A stretch of 63,099 bases of DNA, counting the filler, from Reclinomonas americana ATCC 50394 (Eukaryota): the NCBI GenBank assembly GCA_048213135.1. It is 4 parts of 3 records of this genome, joined end to end, with 100 filler letters (N's around TTAATTAATTAA, not from the genome) between each part and the next. Parts side by side here need not be neighbours in the genome. Positions count along the whole stretch, not along the records: positions 1 to 15,920 come from PS015234.1; positions 16,021 to 39,497 come from PS015235.1; 2 more parts are not named here. One strand, 5' to 3'. This document shows positions 13,001 to 24,396 of this stretch, piece by piece (position 1 is the stretch's first letter; the number at the start of each line of letters is the position of its first letter). The notes under the pieces are model-generated. The model had not been told where the DNA came from. It saw nothing but the letters and a program-made list of their open reading frames with translations, and ran no database searches. A program made the position numbers and the translations under genes.

Positions 13001-15650
13001 TGTACACGCCACCCACAGTCACTCCTGCACCACCGACATCCTGCGCGAGTGTAGTGCCACCGCCTCCGCTGGCACCCGTAAGCGTCACAGAGCCGGCCAT
13101 TGTACCGGCCGCCGTACAGGTGGCATTCGGTTCCAGCAGGATCGACGTGGTGGAGGTCGACAGGAACTGGCCAGTGATAGTGACCATTGTCGTCGATGCC
13201 GAAGGCAGGATCGAGGCTGGCGAAAACGACGTTGCCTCGCCTGCGTGCCGAACACGTATGCAAGGGATTATATGTTCAGGCAGTCGATAAGAAAACGGTG
13301 AAGCGTGACGTGTGAAAACTTACCAATGTTCAGCACTGCAGTGGTATTGTCAGCCAATACGTAGTCGGTTGCCGTGGACCTGCGTTCATCGCAGATTGAA
13401 TGACAACAATTGTTGGCACAGAGGATGTCTACGCTTACAAACCACCGCACACACAGCTGATACTGGCCAGCAGTCGCCGCAGACGCATCGACTGTCACCG
13501 TCAGATTGTTGCCGACAGGCGTTGCCGACGACATGGATGTGCCAGCGACGGGAGTTGGGCTCGTTGCCGAGGGCGTTGTGCATGAGCTTGCGATGATGAA
13601 TGCGACCGAGTCGGCTGACAGGTCTCGCAAGTTGTTTCCCAGAATGGTGATAGTCTCTGACACGGTGGGCCCAATCGTGCGAGGAGAAAAATCGGCAAAC
13701 GAGGGCACCACTGCGCACGGAGGGGAAGGAGAAGGACAATGTCAAATAAAGGAGATCGGATACGCGCGGTGCATTCGTAGCGAAGCCGCACCAGCTGTCA
13801 GTGTTCCAGGCGCCGCCATGGTCAGAACCTTGAAACACGGCAAAGGGGTGAGCACAGACGCAAGGATAAGGCAGACAGAGAGGGACGCAACTGATTTCAC
13901 GGTCATAGTGATATAGTCGACCTCGGTGTTGTCGCCCACCACCACATCCAGCTTGCTGTTGGCGTTGAGCTGCGCGAGAACACTGCCGTCGACGGTGATG
14001 GTGAAGTCCTGGGAGGCCGGAAATGGGTAGTTGCTGGCGTCGAGTTGCCAGTTCAACGAGCAGCAGCTGGTGGTGTAGGCGTCGAGCGATACCGCCTGCA
14101 ACGCCAACTGCGCGCCGCTGCCGTTGTCGGTGACCAATAAATAAAGCTTGTCGTCGACGGAGGCGGCGGTGGCCAGCGGGCGCATGCGGGCCTCGATGAC
14201 GACAATGTCGGCGCCGGGAGTGTCGGCGATGAAGGTGAAGGAGATGGCCACGCGGCTAGGAAAATAAGGGAAGGGATAAAAGGGAAGAACAAAGGGAAGG
14301 CGGGTATGAGCGAAGAGGTAAGGGAAAAGGGAAGGGGGGAAGTGATTGTGTGCACTAACCTGCTCGTTGTCGGGTCGTCGTAGCCAACATCGAATAACAA
14401 GTCGAGCCCATCCGGTGGGCTGCCGGCAAGCCACAACAAGAGACCCGCACTGGGTGCCAAGTTGGTGTTGCCCCCGGCAAAATTATCCGCCGTGCCGTCA
14501 GTGACGACCGTCTCGCGATAGCCCTGTTGCAGAGCAATGAGAGGGGGGGGGGGGGGGAGAGGGAGGAGGAGGGAGGAGGAGGAGGGAGGAGGGAGGGAGG
14601 AGGAGGGGAGGGAGGAGGAGGAGGAGGAGGAGGAGGAGGAGGAGGAGGAGGAGGAGGAGGAGGAGGAGAGGAGGAGGAGGAGGAGGAGGAGGAGGANNNN
14701 NNNNNNNNNNNNNNNNNNNNNNNNNNNNNNNNNNNNNNNNNNNNNNNNNNNNNNNNNNNNNNNNNNNNNNNNNNNNNNNNNNNNNNNNNNNNNNNNNNNN
14801 NNNNNNNNNNNNNNNNNNNNNNNNNNNNNNNNNNNNNNNNNNNNNNNNNNNNNNNNNNNNNNNNNNNNNNNNNNNNNNGAGGAGAGGGGAGGAGAGGGGA
14901 GGAGAGGGGAGGAAGGTACGCGCGGGAGGGAGAGCGGGTGGAGATGATTACTGAGGAATCAGCAGCGAGAGAATAAAAGAGGTAGAGGAGAGGGAGGAGA
15001 GTGAAGAGAGCGACAGAGCACGGAGCGACTGGAGAAAGTGGACACTCTACTCTCACTCCTCTGCTCTTTGTTCGCTGCCTCGCCTCTGTTGTCTCCACCT
15101 TCCTCTCTCCAATCTGCTCAATGGATTGTATTCTATTGCGCTCCTCTGTTCCGAGAAACGACAAACAGACAGTGAACGAAGAGGAGGGAGCCTCCAAGTG
15201 GAGCGGGAGCGACAGTGAGGATGCTTTCTTCGATGTCTGTCCTCCATCTCCTGACTCCTCTTCCCCTCTCCCGCTCCACTCTGGCGTCTTCTCATTCACA
15301 GCTGCTTTCTGTTTCTTCTCTCCTTCCCCACCCCTTCCCTCACTCACCATGCTGACACACAGCTTATACGTATTCGCGGCCAACAGCAAGTCCGGCACCG
15401 ACAGCACCACAGGACTCGACGCCATCCCTCCCGTCACCGTCAGCGCATACGAGCCCGCACCCGGCGTAGTGCCGCACACGCCAGTGGGCTCCAGTCGCGC
15501 AGCAAATGTCGTCGGCGCACCCACGTACGCCATATTGAGCGTCACGGAGGCATCGTTGGCGTTGACAGAGGTCGGCGTGAAGGTGTCGGCGTAGAACGGG
15601 AGAGTGCCGTCGGGCAAGTTGACAACGACGTTGTTGGCGTGGAAGCTGAT
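1090..15650 (-). CDS. Giant multi-exon type I membrane/adhesin-like protein: ~10 IPT/TIG-like modules, NHL propeller, FN3 repeats, TM helix, Pro-rich cytoplasmic tail (5' end lost at contig end)
   Basis: Chain of minus-strand exons with recurring FSPSSI...YxVCV modules. NHL motifs (FCTPRGVAVDS..VYVADTGNCTIR) at ~10630-11470. 1593-aa ORF of FN3 repeats. TM WSIPLIAGVTAGAVAVTCGLVAMIVAMVIW followed by RRRR (~2065-1965). Stop at 1090. Not every splice junction was verified. Confidence 0.8.
5871..9960 (-). repeat. 13 tandem 315-bp coding repeats (105-aa fibronectin type III-like domains)
   Basis: CGGAAATAGT-like anchor recurs every 315 nt from 5936 to 9716. Unit is SATLSGTVNAQNG...IEYSTS...GLTPNTxYYFRVVAT...FTT. 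Confidence 0.95.
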
Positions 15651-15964
15651 CTCACACAGGAGAAGTGAGAGAGGAAGGAGGCAAGGAGGAAATGGAGGGC
15701 AGGGAGGAGGGAGGGAGGAGGAGGAAGAGGAGGAGGAGGAGGAGGAGGAGGAGGAGGAGGAGGAGGAGGAGGAGGAGGAGGAGGAGGAGGAGGAGGAGGA
15801 GGAGGAGGAGGAGGAGAGAGAGAGAGAGAGGAGGAGAGGAGGAGGAGGAGGAGGAGGAGGAGGAGGAGGAGGAGGAGGAGGAGGAGGAGGAGGAGGAGGA
15901 GGAGGAGGAGGAGGAGGAGGNNNNNNNNNNNNNNNNNNNNNNNNNNNNNNNNNNNNNNNNNNNN

Positions 15965-15976
15965 TTAATTAATTAA
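15965..15976. other. Artificial contig-join linker (stops in all six frames)
   Basis: TTAATTAATTAA flanked by N runs on both sides; same construct at 39542 and 57902. Confidence 0.95.
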
Positions 15977-17007
15977 NNNNNNNNNNNNNNNNNNNNNNNN
16001 NNNNNNNNNNNNNNNNNNNNTGCAAAAAAATGAACACAAAATGGCGGACACAGACAAAAATACACGATATCATGAAACAGGACGGCAAGAGCGGGCCCGG
16101 TGGCGTATAATAGTGTCCAGGTGCGCAGAGTGTTTTTGCAAACGCGGGTGAGGGCTGCAATACATGCAGGAGGCAAGCACTGAGTGCCCGATGAAGTTCA
16201 AATTCTGCTCTTGCACTTGCAATTGTTCAAAGCTCGAGAACGCGTGCACGTGCAAGTGTTGCAACGGCCTCGGCGATCCAGATGGGGCATCTACTGCTGT
16301 TTGTATGTGTGATTGGACTTGCGGTCCTCAAGACCGCTGTCGTTGAATTGCACTTGCCGATGGACGTCGCAAAGGCAAGCAGTGGCAGACGCAGAAATGT
16401 GCTACTGAGACGCACCGAGGCCTTGTCGCGAGCAAATACGCAAGCACTTCGGCGACGCTCCCAGAATCACGGGATCACAAGATTTCTCCTTCAGCAATTC
16501 GATTTTCATCGTCCCGTCTCTGTAGTGCCTCCATTTCCGGTTCCCATTCTACAAGGTGATCCGCATTCAGCTGCTGCTGCTGCTATTTGCAGTTGTAAAA
16601 TTGCTTCTGCAGTCGAGAAAAACGAATCCGGACACCAGTCGACGTCACCCGCAAATACACGCGCAAGAATCCCAAACCGACTTGCTGCAAGCCCAACAGT
16701 ACACAACTGAAGTCCTCATCGGCAACGCGGAAAGTGAAAAAAATCTCGCCAACAATCGACGTTGAATTGTCGCAGGACAACCCAAAATAGCGCCCTCACA
16801 CGCGTGCACAAACAGTCGCGCGTGCGTGTGTCTCTGTGTGTGTGTGAAGAACAAGCAACAGCAGGTGAGCGCGCACACACACACAAACAGAGACACAAAG
16901 TGCGTGACATGGCCAACACTCTCTCTCTCATACACAGTGTGCTGTCTCTGTGCAAGACTGTGTGTGACTGTGTGTGACTGTGCGTGTGAGAGAGAGAGCA
17001 AGCAACG

Positions 17008-17252
17008 ATGACTGCGAAATTGCGAGTTCCGGAGAAGCTTATGGAGAAGCCGCAAATGAGTGTGGAACAAGTGGATGAAAAGTGGGAGACTCTCCGCCGC
17101 GCCATTCATCAGATCTATGCCAAGAATTCGTCGTCGCTTTCGTTTCAGACGTTGTATACGTTGCGTAAGGAGAAGAAGGGGGGATGGGGGGAAAAGGGGA
17201 TGAGAATGGGGTGAAAAGAGGGGTAAAAGGGGAGGAGAATGGGGAGAGGGAT

Positions 17253-17311
<59 letters not shown>

Positions 17312-17527
17312 CACTATATGTAGTACGAACGAAGAGATACGTCGTCTCGTCGTCGTACGTACTACTCCGTCCGTCGTACGTACGACGACGACGTACGTAC
17401 NNNNNNNNNNNNNNNNNNNNGGAAGGTAGGTAAGTAGTAGGAGTCCCTACCGTACGTCCTACGTAGTCGAACTAAACTTAACGTACGTTCGTTCGTCGTC
17501 TCCTCTCCTCCTCTTCTCTTCTCTCTC

Positions 17528-17574
<47 letters not shown>

Positions 17575-19290
17575 AGAGAGTGAGAGAAAGAATGAGCGCA
17601 CAGTCTCAGTGACAAGTAACAGATGTCTTTGTCTGTGTATCTTTCTCTCTCCCTCTTTCTCTCTCTCTCTCCCTCTCTCATTCTCCCTCTCTCTCTCTAT
17701 GTGTATGTGTGTATGAGCGCACATCTTTGTGCAACTGATAGATGTCATTGTCTGTTTCTCTCTCCCCTCTCGTGCGTGCCTGCATGTGTGTGTGACATAG
17801 AGAATGAGCGCACAGTCTCTGTGATAATAACAGGTGCAACGGGATCTGTATTTCTCTCTTGCTCTCTCTCTTTCTCTCTCTCCCTTTTTGTCCCTCACTC
17901 TGTCTGTCTGTCTGCCTGCCTCATCTCAGACGCCCGCTTCGCGGCCGTCGTTTCAATCTCACTCTGCAAAGGGATCGCCGCCTTTTCTCGCCCCATCTTT
18001 CCACTTGGGATTGACGCCCGCTTCGCGGCCGTCATTTCATATTTTTCACGCTGCACTCTCTCTCTCCCTTCCTCCCTCCCTCCCTTTTCTCCCTCGTCTC
18101 TCTGCCTCATCTCTGACGCCCGCGATTCGCGGCCGTCATTTCTTTTTCGTCACGAAGGATTTCGCACTCTTTCCCCCTTAATCTTCACTTCTTGACGCCC
18201 GCTTCGCGGCCGTCACCCTTTTTCCTCCCTCGCTCACCTCCCTTCCCCTTCAGCACCGCCTACCAAATGACCGTGTGCCACCAAGCCGAGTTCCTCTACC
18301 ACAAGGTCCGCGAGCTACTCACCGGCTTTGTTACGGAAACGCGGACGGCCCTCGACGCGAAACCCAACTCGCAGTTTGTGGAGGAACTGCGCTCCGCCTG
18401 GGTCTCACATCGCACCTCCATGTTCCTCATCAAGGACATCTTGATGTATGTGGTACGTGAATGGGTCTGCGGCAGAAGCAGCAGTGCACAGTAGAAAAAG
18501 TCCCCCTCCCTCACTCACTCGCCTGCTCGTGCAGGATAAGAACTGGACCTCCAAGCACAAGGACAAGCTCCCGTTCTACCAGCTCGGCCTGTCGCTCTTC
18601 CGCGACCTGGTCGTGCGGCACTCGTCGATTCAGCGGCGCACCGTCAGTCTCATGCTGGAGATGATTCGCCGCGATCGCTCAGGCGACGAGGTGCCCGACA
18701 AGGGCCTGCTGAAGAGCATCACCGAGGTGCGTGGTGTGTGCAGCAGACGTGCCTTCTCCCTCATCTCTCACACGCACGCGCGCGCAGATGTTTGTGGAGC
18801 TCGGCAAGCGCGACGTGTACGAGGCCCTGTTCGAGAAGCGCTTCCTCGAGGAGAGCGAGACATTCTTCCGCGCCGAGTCCTCCCAGTACTTTTCCACGTG
18901 CACGGCCCCCGAGTACCTGCGCAAGGTGAAAGCGCGGATGGATGACGAATTTGACCGCGTGGAGCAGTGCTTGGCCTCGACCACACGCGCGAAGATCCAG
19001 CACGTGATTGTGGATGTGATGGTGGCCAGCTTCTTGCTGGACACGCTGCAGAAGGAGAGCTCCGGGTTCATGGTGCAGCTGAAGGAGGGCAATGTGGAAG
19101 GTGGGGAAGGGGGAGAAGGGGGAAAAGGGTGAAGAAGAGAGGGAAGGAGGGAGTTAAGGGAGAGGATGGGGTTGAGGGTTGGAGACAAAGAAAGAGGGAG
19201 AAAGAGAGGGAGGAATGGGAAAGGGGGAAAAAGTGAGGGAGGGAGGAAAAGGGAGACGATGGGGGTGAGGGTTGGAGACAGACAGACACA

Positions 19291-19369
<79 letters not shown>

Positions 19370-19952
19370 GAGGAGAGGAGGAGAGAGANNNNNNNNNNNN
19401 NNNNNNNNNNNNNNNNNNNNNNNNNNNNNNNNNNNNNNNNNNNNNNNNNNNNNNNNNNNNNNNNNNNNNNNNNNNNNNNNNNNNNNNNNNNNNNNNNNNN
19501 NNNNNNNNNNNNNNNNNNNNNNNNNNNNNNNNNNNNNNNNNNNNNNNNNNNNNNNNNNNNNNNNNNNNNNNNNNNNNNNNNNNNNNNNNNNNNNNNNNNN
19601 NNNNNNNNNNNNNNNNNNNNNNNNNNNNNNNNNNNNNNNNNNNNNNNNNNNNNNNNNNNNNNNNNNNNNNNNNNNNNNNNNNNNNNNNNNNNNNNNNNNN
19701 NNNNNNNNNNNNNNNNNNNNNNNNNNNNNNNNNNNNNNNNNNNNNNNNNNNNNNNNNNNNNNNNNNNNNNNNNNNNNNNNNNNNNNNNNNNNNNNNNNNN
19801 NNNNNNNNNNNNNNNNNNNNNNNNNNNNNNNNNNNNNNNNNNNNNNNNNNNNNNNNNNNNNNNNNNNNNNNNNNNNNNNNNNNNNNNNNNNNNNNNNNNN
19901 NNNNNNNNNNNNNNNNNNNNNNNNNNNNNNNNNNNNNNNNNATATATATAAT

Positions 19953-19992
<40 letters not shown>

Positions 19993-22900
19993 GCGAGGGG
20001 AAGGGGAAAGGAGAGGGGGTGGGAGGGAGATAATGGAGAGGATGGGGTTGAGGGTTGGAGACAGAGAAAGGGAGCGAGATGGTTGACGTGTGCCGAATTT
20101 AGTTGGTCATCATGTTCTGCTTGTAGTTTGACTTCGTGTGTGAATTTGTGTGTTCTCTTGCCATTCCCTAATACTGCTCATTTCCTTAGTCTTCCCCTTA
20201 TTCCTCTGTTCTCCCTTTTGTATCACTATTCACGCCCCCCTTCCCTCCCCTTTGCTCACATTCCTCGCAGACCTGCGCCTCATGTATGATATGTTGTCTA
20301 TGGTGGAATACGCGCGGAACCCGATGATCGAAATGGTCAAGAGCCACATCATCAACGAAGTGCGGCTGTTTGTGCACGACGAGCAGTGCCAGAAGGATCC
20401 GAATTTCTTTGTGCAGGTGTGTGTTTTGCTTGTTGGCTTGGGTTCTTCGACCGCAGTTTGTTCTCTCCAGCTTCATCTCGTCGCTCACTCTCCATTCTCC
20501 TTCTCTCGCAGGGACTGCTGGACATGCGCACCAAGTTCATCGACATGCTCGAGTCGGCCTTCCAGCAGCAGGTGCCGCTGGAGGAGCCATCAGTTGCTGC
20601 CGAGGTTTGTGTGCACAGTCTCGTTCAGTCAGACGCTCGCTTCGCGGGCATATCTTATTTATCGCTCTGCCGAGGGATCGCTGCCTTATCTCCCTGCACT
20701 CTCGTCGCATTCCGCCTGTCAGACGCCCGCTTCCTCCTACTGCTCCTTCTCACTTCATCCATCTCCGCCAGGCCACACACCCACAACAGCAGGCACAGCA
20801 ACGTGCTCGCGCTGCACCTGGCTCACCGGGCAGCGTCGTGGCCATGGCACAGCGCAAGAGCCGCGCATGTGCGTTCAATCACATTCACTCTTGTTGCTCT
20901 CTGTTAATTTTTGACACGCTCTTTTACAGCTTCGCACGACGCCTCCGGCTCGGTGTTCTCCGTCACACGCTTGCTCAGACAACCCGACCAGGCCTTCCTC
21001 AATTGCATGAAGCAGGTGAGTGGGTGACAGATGAACTGCCTGCGAAATTGCTCGTTGGACAGAGGGGGGGGGGGGGGGGAGGAGAGAGAGAGAGCGAGAG
21101 AAGGATGAAACTGAGAATGGAAAGAGCTGGGATATGAAGAGTAGGGTGGACAGAATAAGGCAGATTCATCATTCCCCTTCCGCCCTCCTTCTCCTCATTC
21201 CTGAGGACACAAAGAGAAGGGGAGTACAAAGAAAAGAAGAAGTAAGATGGAGATTTTGAGATAGAAAGACCGATTCATCCTTCCCCTTCCGTCTTCCTCT
21301 TCCTTCCTGAGGACACAGAGAGAAGGGCATTACAAAGCGGAGAAGACGTAAGATGGAGATTCAGAAAGAGAAAGACAGATTCATCATTCCCTTCCGTCTT
21401 CCTTTTCCTCCGTCCTGAGGACACGGAGAGAAGGGGGTTACGAAGAAAAGAAGAAGTGAGAGGGGATGATGTGTGAGAGAGAGGCAGATTCATCCTTTTC
21501 CCTTCCGTCTTCCTTCTCCTTCCTGAGGACACAGAGTGAGGGGATTACGAAGCGGAGAAGAAATGCCTCCTCCTTCTCGTTTTCCTGTCTTGTCCCCTCC
21601 CTCTTGTATCCTCCCTCTTGTATCCTCCCTCTTATATCCTCTTGTCTCCTCTCTTTGTCTCCTCTCTGTGTCTCCTCTCTTGTCTACTCTCTTGTCTCTC
21701 CTCTCCATGTGTTCTCTGGTCTNNNNNNNNNNNNNNNNNNNNCCTTCCCCTTCCCCGTCCGTCTTCCTCCCGTTCTCTTCTCTCTCGTTCCCCCCTTCCC
21801 CTCCACCTTCCCCTCTTGTCTCCTCTGTCTTGTCTCCTCTCTTGTCTCTCCTCTCCATATGTTCTCTGGTCTCCTTTCCCTTCCCCTTCCCTCATCCTCT
21901 TCCCATTCTCCTGTCTAACCTTCCCCCTTCTACTTCCACCTTTACTTCTCCACTTTGCCTTCCCCTCTCTCCTTCACCATTCCCCCTTACCCCTTCCCCC
22001 TTCTCCATCTCTTTCCTCACCGTTCCCCTTCCCCTCTTTACCCTTCCCCTCCACCTTCCCCTCTTAACCCTTCTCCTTTTACCTTGCAGGCCTTCGAACT
22101 GGTGCTGAACGAATTCGAGCGCACCCCCGAATACCTCTCCCTCTACATCGACTCGAAGCTCAAGCGCGGCAAGTCGCAAGTGCCCGAGCACGAACTCGAC
22201 GGTCTCTTTGACAATTGCGTGCAAGTCTTCCGCTATCTGCGCGACAAGGACGTGTTTGAAAAGTACTACAAGAGGCACTTGTCAAAGGTGCGCCCGCCGC
22301 AGGACACATTGTTCTCTTTCTCCTCTTTTGCCTCTCACTCTTTCCGCCTCCTTGCCTGCAGCGCCTGCTCACCGGCCGCAGCATTTCGGACGATGCCGAA
22401 AACCAATTCCTGGGCAAGCTGAAGGCCGAGTGTGGCTATCAGTTTACCAACAAGATGGAGGGCATGTTCAAGGACCTGAAGATCAGCAAGGAGCTGCTGC
22501 AAAAGTACAAGCTGTTCCTCAAGACCAGGACTGTTGCGTCGACTCGAGTGAGAAGAAAACCATGGCGACATAATGTTGACCCTTGTTTGTGTTTGCAGCC
22601 TGCGTTGCCACCGCCACCCTTCGACTTGAGTGTGCAGGTGCTGACCACGGGTTACTGGCCGGCGCCCGTGGAGAGCTTTTGCGACATGAGCGAGTTCCTG
22701 CGGGAGCAGTTGGATGCGTATCGCACGTTCTACTGCAAGCAGTTCTCTGGCCGTCGTCTCACGTGGCACTTGAACATGGTGAGTTTGGGGAGGGGAAGAG
22801 AGGGGGGAGCAGAGGGGAAGTGGGGGGAGAGGGGACTAAGGCTAAAGGGTTGAGGGATGCGGCGCAATGGTTGAGGGTTGAAGGTTGAGGGTTGCGGCGT

Positions 22901-24396
22901 GAGGGTTTAGGGCTGAGAATTGAAGGTTGAGGGTTGCAAAGTGAGGGTTGAAGGATGCGTCGCGAAGGTTGCGGGTCAAGGGTTGCAAAGTGAGGGTTAA
23001 GGGTTGAGGGTTGTGGTGCGAGGGTTGCGGCGCGAGGGTTGAGGGTTGCGATGTGAGGGTTGAGGGTTGAGAGTATAGGGTTGCGGGTTGCGAAGCGAGG
23101 GTTGAGTGTTAAGGATTGCAAAGTAATCGTTAAGGGTTGCGAAGTGAGGGTTGAGCGTTGAGAGTTTACGGTTGAGGTTTGCGGAGTGATGGTTGAGGGT
23201 TGCGGTGCGAGGGTTGAGGGTTGCGGAGTGAGGGCGACCGTGAAGGAGCTGTTTTATCGAACGCGATTGGGGTGTGTGTTCATCTCCTTGCCAGTCTTGT
23301 CGTCTCTATGTCGTCTCTTTTGCGTCGTTTCCTTTCTTTTGCACGACAACATCCACATAGTTGCTGTCCCACGTTTTGTGTTTCACTGATCGCTTCTTGG
23401 TCCTTCTCACCTGAATGGTTTACATATCCTTCTGCTGCTATTCTTGTCGCTCTCTCCTCTCTAGAATTGTCTTCTCAGCTCTCTCCTCCTCCCACGCAGG
23501 GCAACGCCGACCTCCGCTTCAGCTGCGGTGAGGCCAGATATGAACTCAACGTCTCCACTCTTCAAATGTGCATTCTGCTGCTGTTTAACGACGCCGATCG
23601 GATCTCATTTACCGAGTTGGAGGCCACACTGAAGGCACGTTGGGAGATCTCTTTTCTCTCTCTCTCTCTCTCTGTGTGCGTGTGTCTGTTACTTCTTCCT
23701 CTCTCTGACTGTCATCTCTCTGTGTGTATGTGCGTGTCTGTTTATCTCCCTCTTTCCCTTTGCTCATCTTACCTCTCTCTCTACGTTTCTCTTTCTGTCT
23801 GTCCCTTCTCCCTCTCCCGCTTTCTCTTCCTGCCTCCTTCTCTCTCTCCTTCTCTCTTTCCCTCTCCCTTTCTCCCTCTCCCTCTTTCTCTCGTTCTCTC
23901 ACCCTCTCTCCTTCTCCCTCGCTCCCCGTCCCTCTCCTTCTCCCTCTCCTTCTCCCTCTCCCTCTCCTTCTCCCTCACCCTCACTCTCACTTTCTCTCGC
24001 ATGCAGATCCCGCCTCACGACCTCAAGCGCAACATTCTCTCCCTCTGCCTCAAGCACCAGACGCACTCGTGCGTTCTCGTCAAGGAGCCGCACAGCCAAG
24101 ATGTGGAGAAGTCGGACGTGTTTACGCTGAATGCGGCCTTCAAGACCAAGGTGAGCTCATCCCCAATTACCCTCCCACTCGCGCACATATTCAACCCTTC
24201 TGTCTCTCTCCAGAACCTCCGCCGCATCAAGATCTCCTCCGTGGCCATTCGGGAGACAGAATTGGAGAAGCGCAAGACGTACGAGAACATTAATGAGGAC
24301 CGCAAGTGGGAGATTGATGCGGCAATCGTGCGCATCATGAAGGCTTCACGGTCGTGCTATCACCAGGATTTGGTGGCGCGGGTGACGGCGCAGCTG
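17008..24396 (+). CDS. CUL3: Cullin-3-like scaffold (about 14 exons seen; last exon probably in the gap at 24881-25224)
   Basis: WETLRRAIHQIYAKNSSSLSF; KDILMYVD; RTPEYLSLYIDSKLKRG; KDVFEKYYKRHLSKRLL; KLKAECGYQFTNKMEGMFKD; VQVLTTGYWP; neddylation motif EDRKWEIDAAIVRIMK. Confidence 0.93.
17929..18214 (+). repeat. Intronic repeated hairpin motif GACGCCCGCTTCGCGGCCGTC (4 copies)
   Basis: Copies at 17929, 18013, 18115 and 18194 in cullin intron 1; degenerate copies at ~20632 and ~20723. Confidence 0.85.
21160..21560. repeat. Intronic minisatellite, ~107-bp unit x4
   Basis: CCTGAGGACAC anchor at 21200, 21306, 21414 and 21522. Confidence 0.85.
22847..23235 (+). repeat. Degenerate telomere-like (TTGAGGG)n tract within a cullin intron
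   Basis: Dense GGGTTGA/GGGTTAA/GGGTTGC heptamer variants. Confidence 0.8.

Noticed and set aside
14540-15920. Poly-G, poly-E and poly-P ORFs from (GGA)n tracts
   Set aside because: Intronic microsatellites next to assembly gaps.
15965-15976. TTAATTAATTAA as a piggyBac TTAA site or regulatory palindrome (also 39542, 57902)
   Set aside because: Identical N-flanked construct seen three times; an artificial six-frame-stop linker.
17318-17500. Palindrome-rich TACG/GTAC/GTC low-complexity stretch
   Set aside because: It flanks an N gap and resembles cyclic T-A-C-G pyrosequencing noise at read ends; not trusted as biology.
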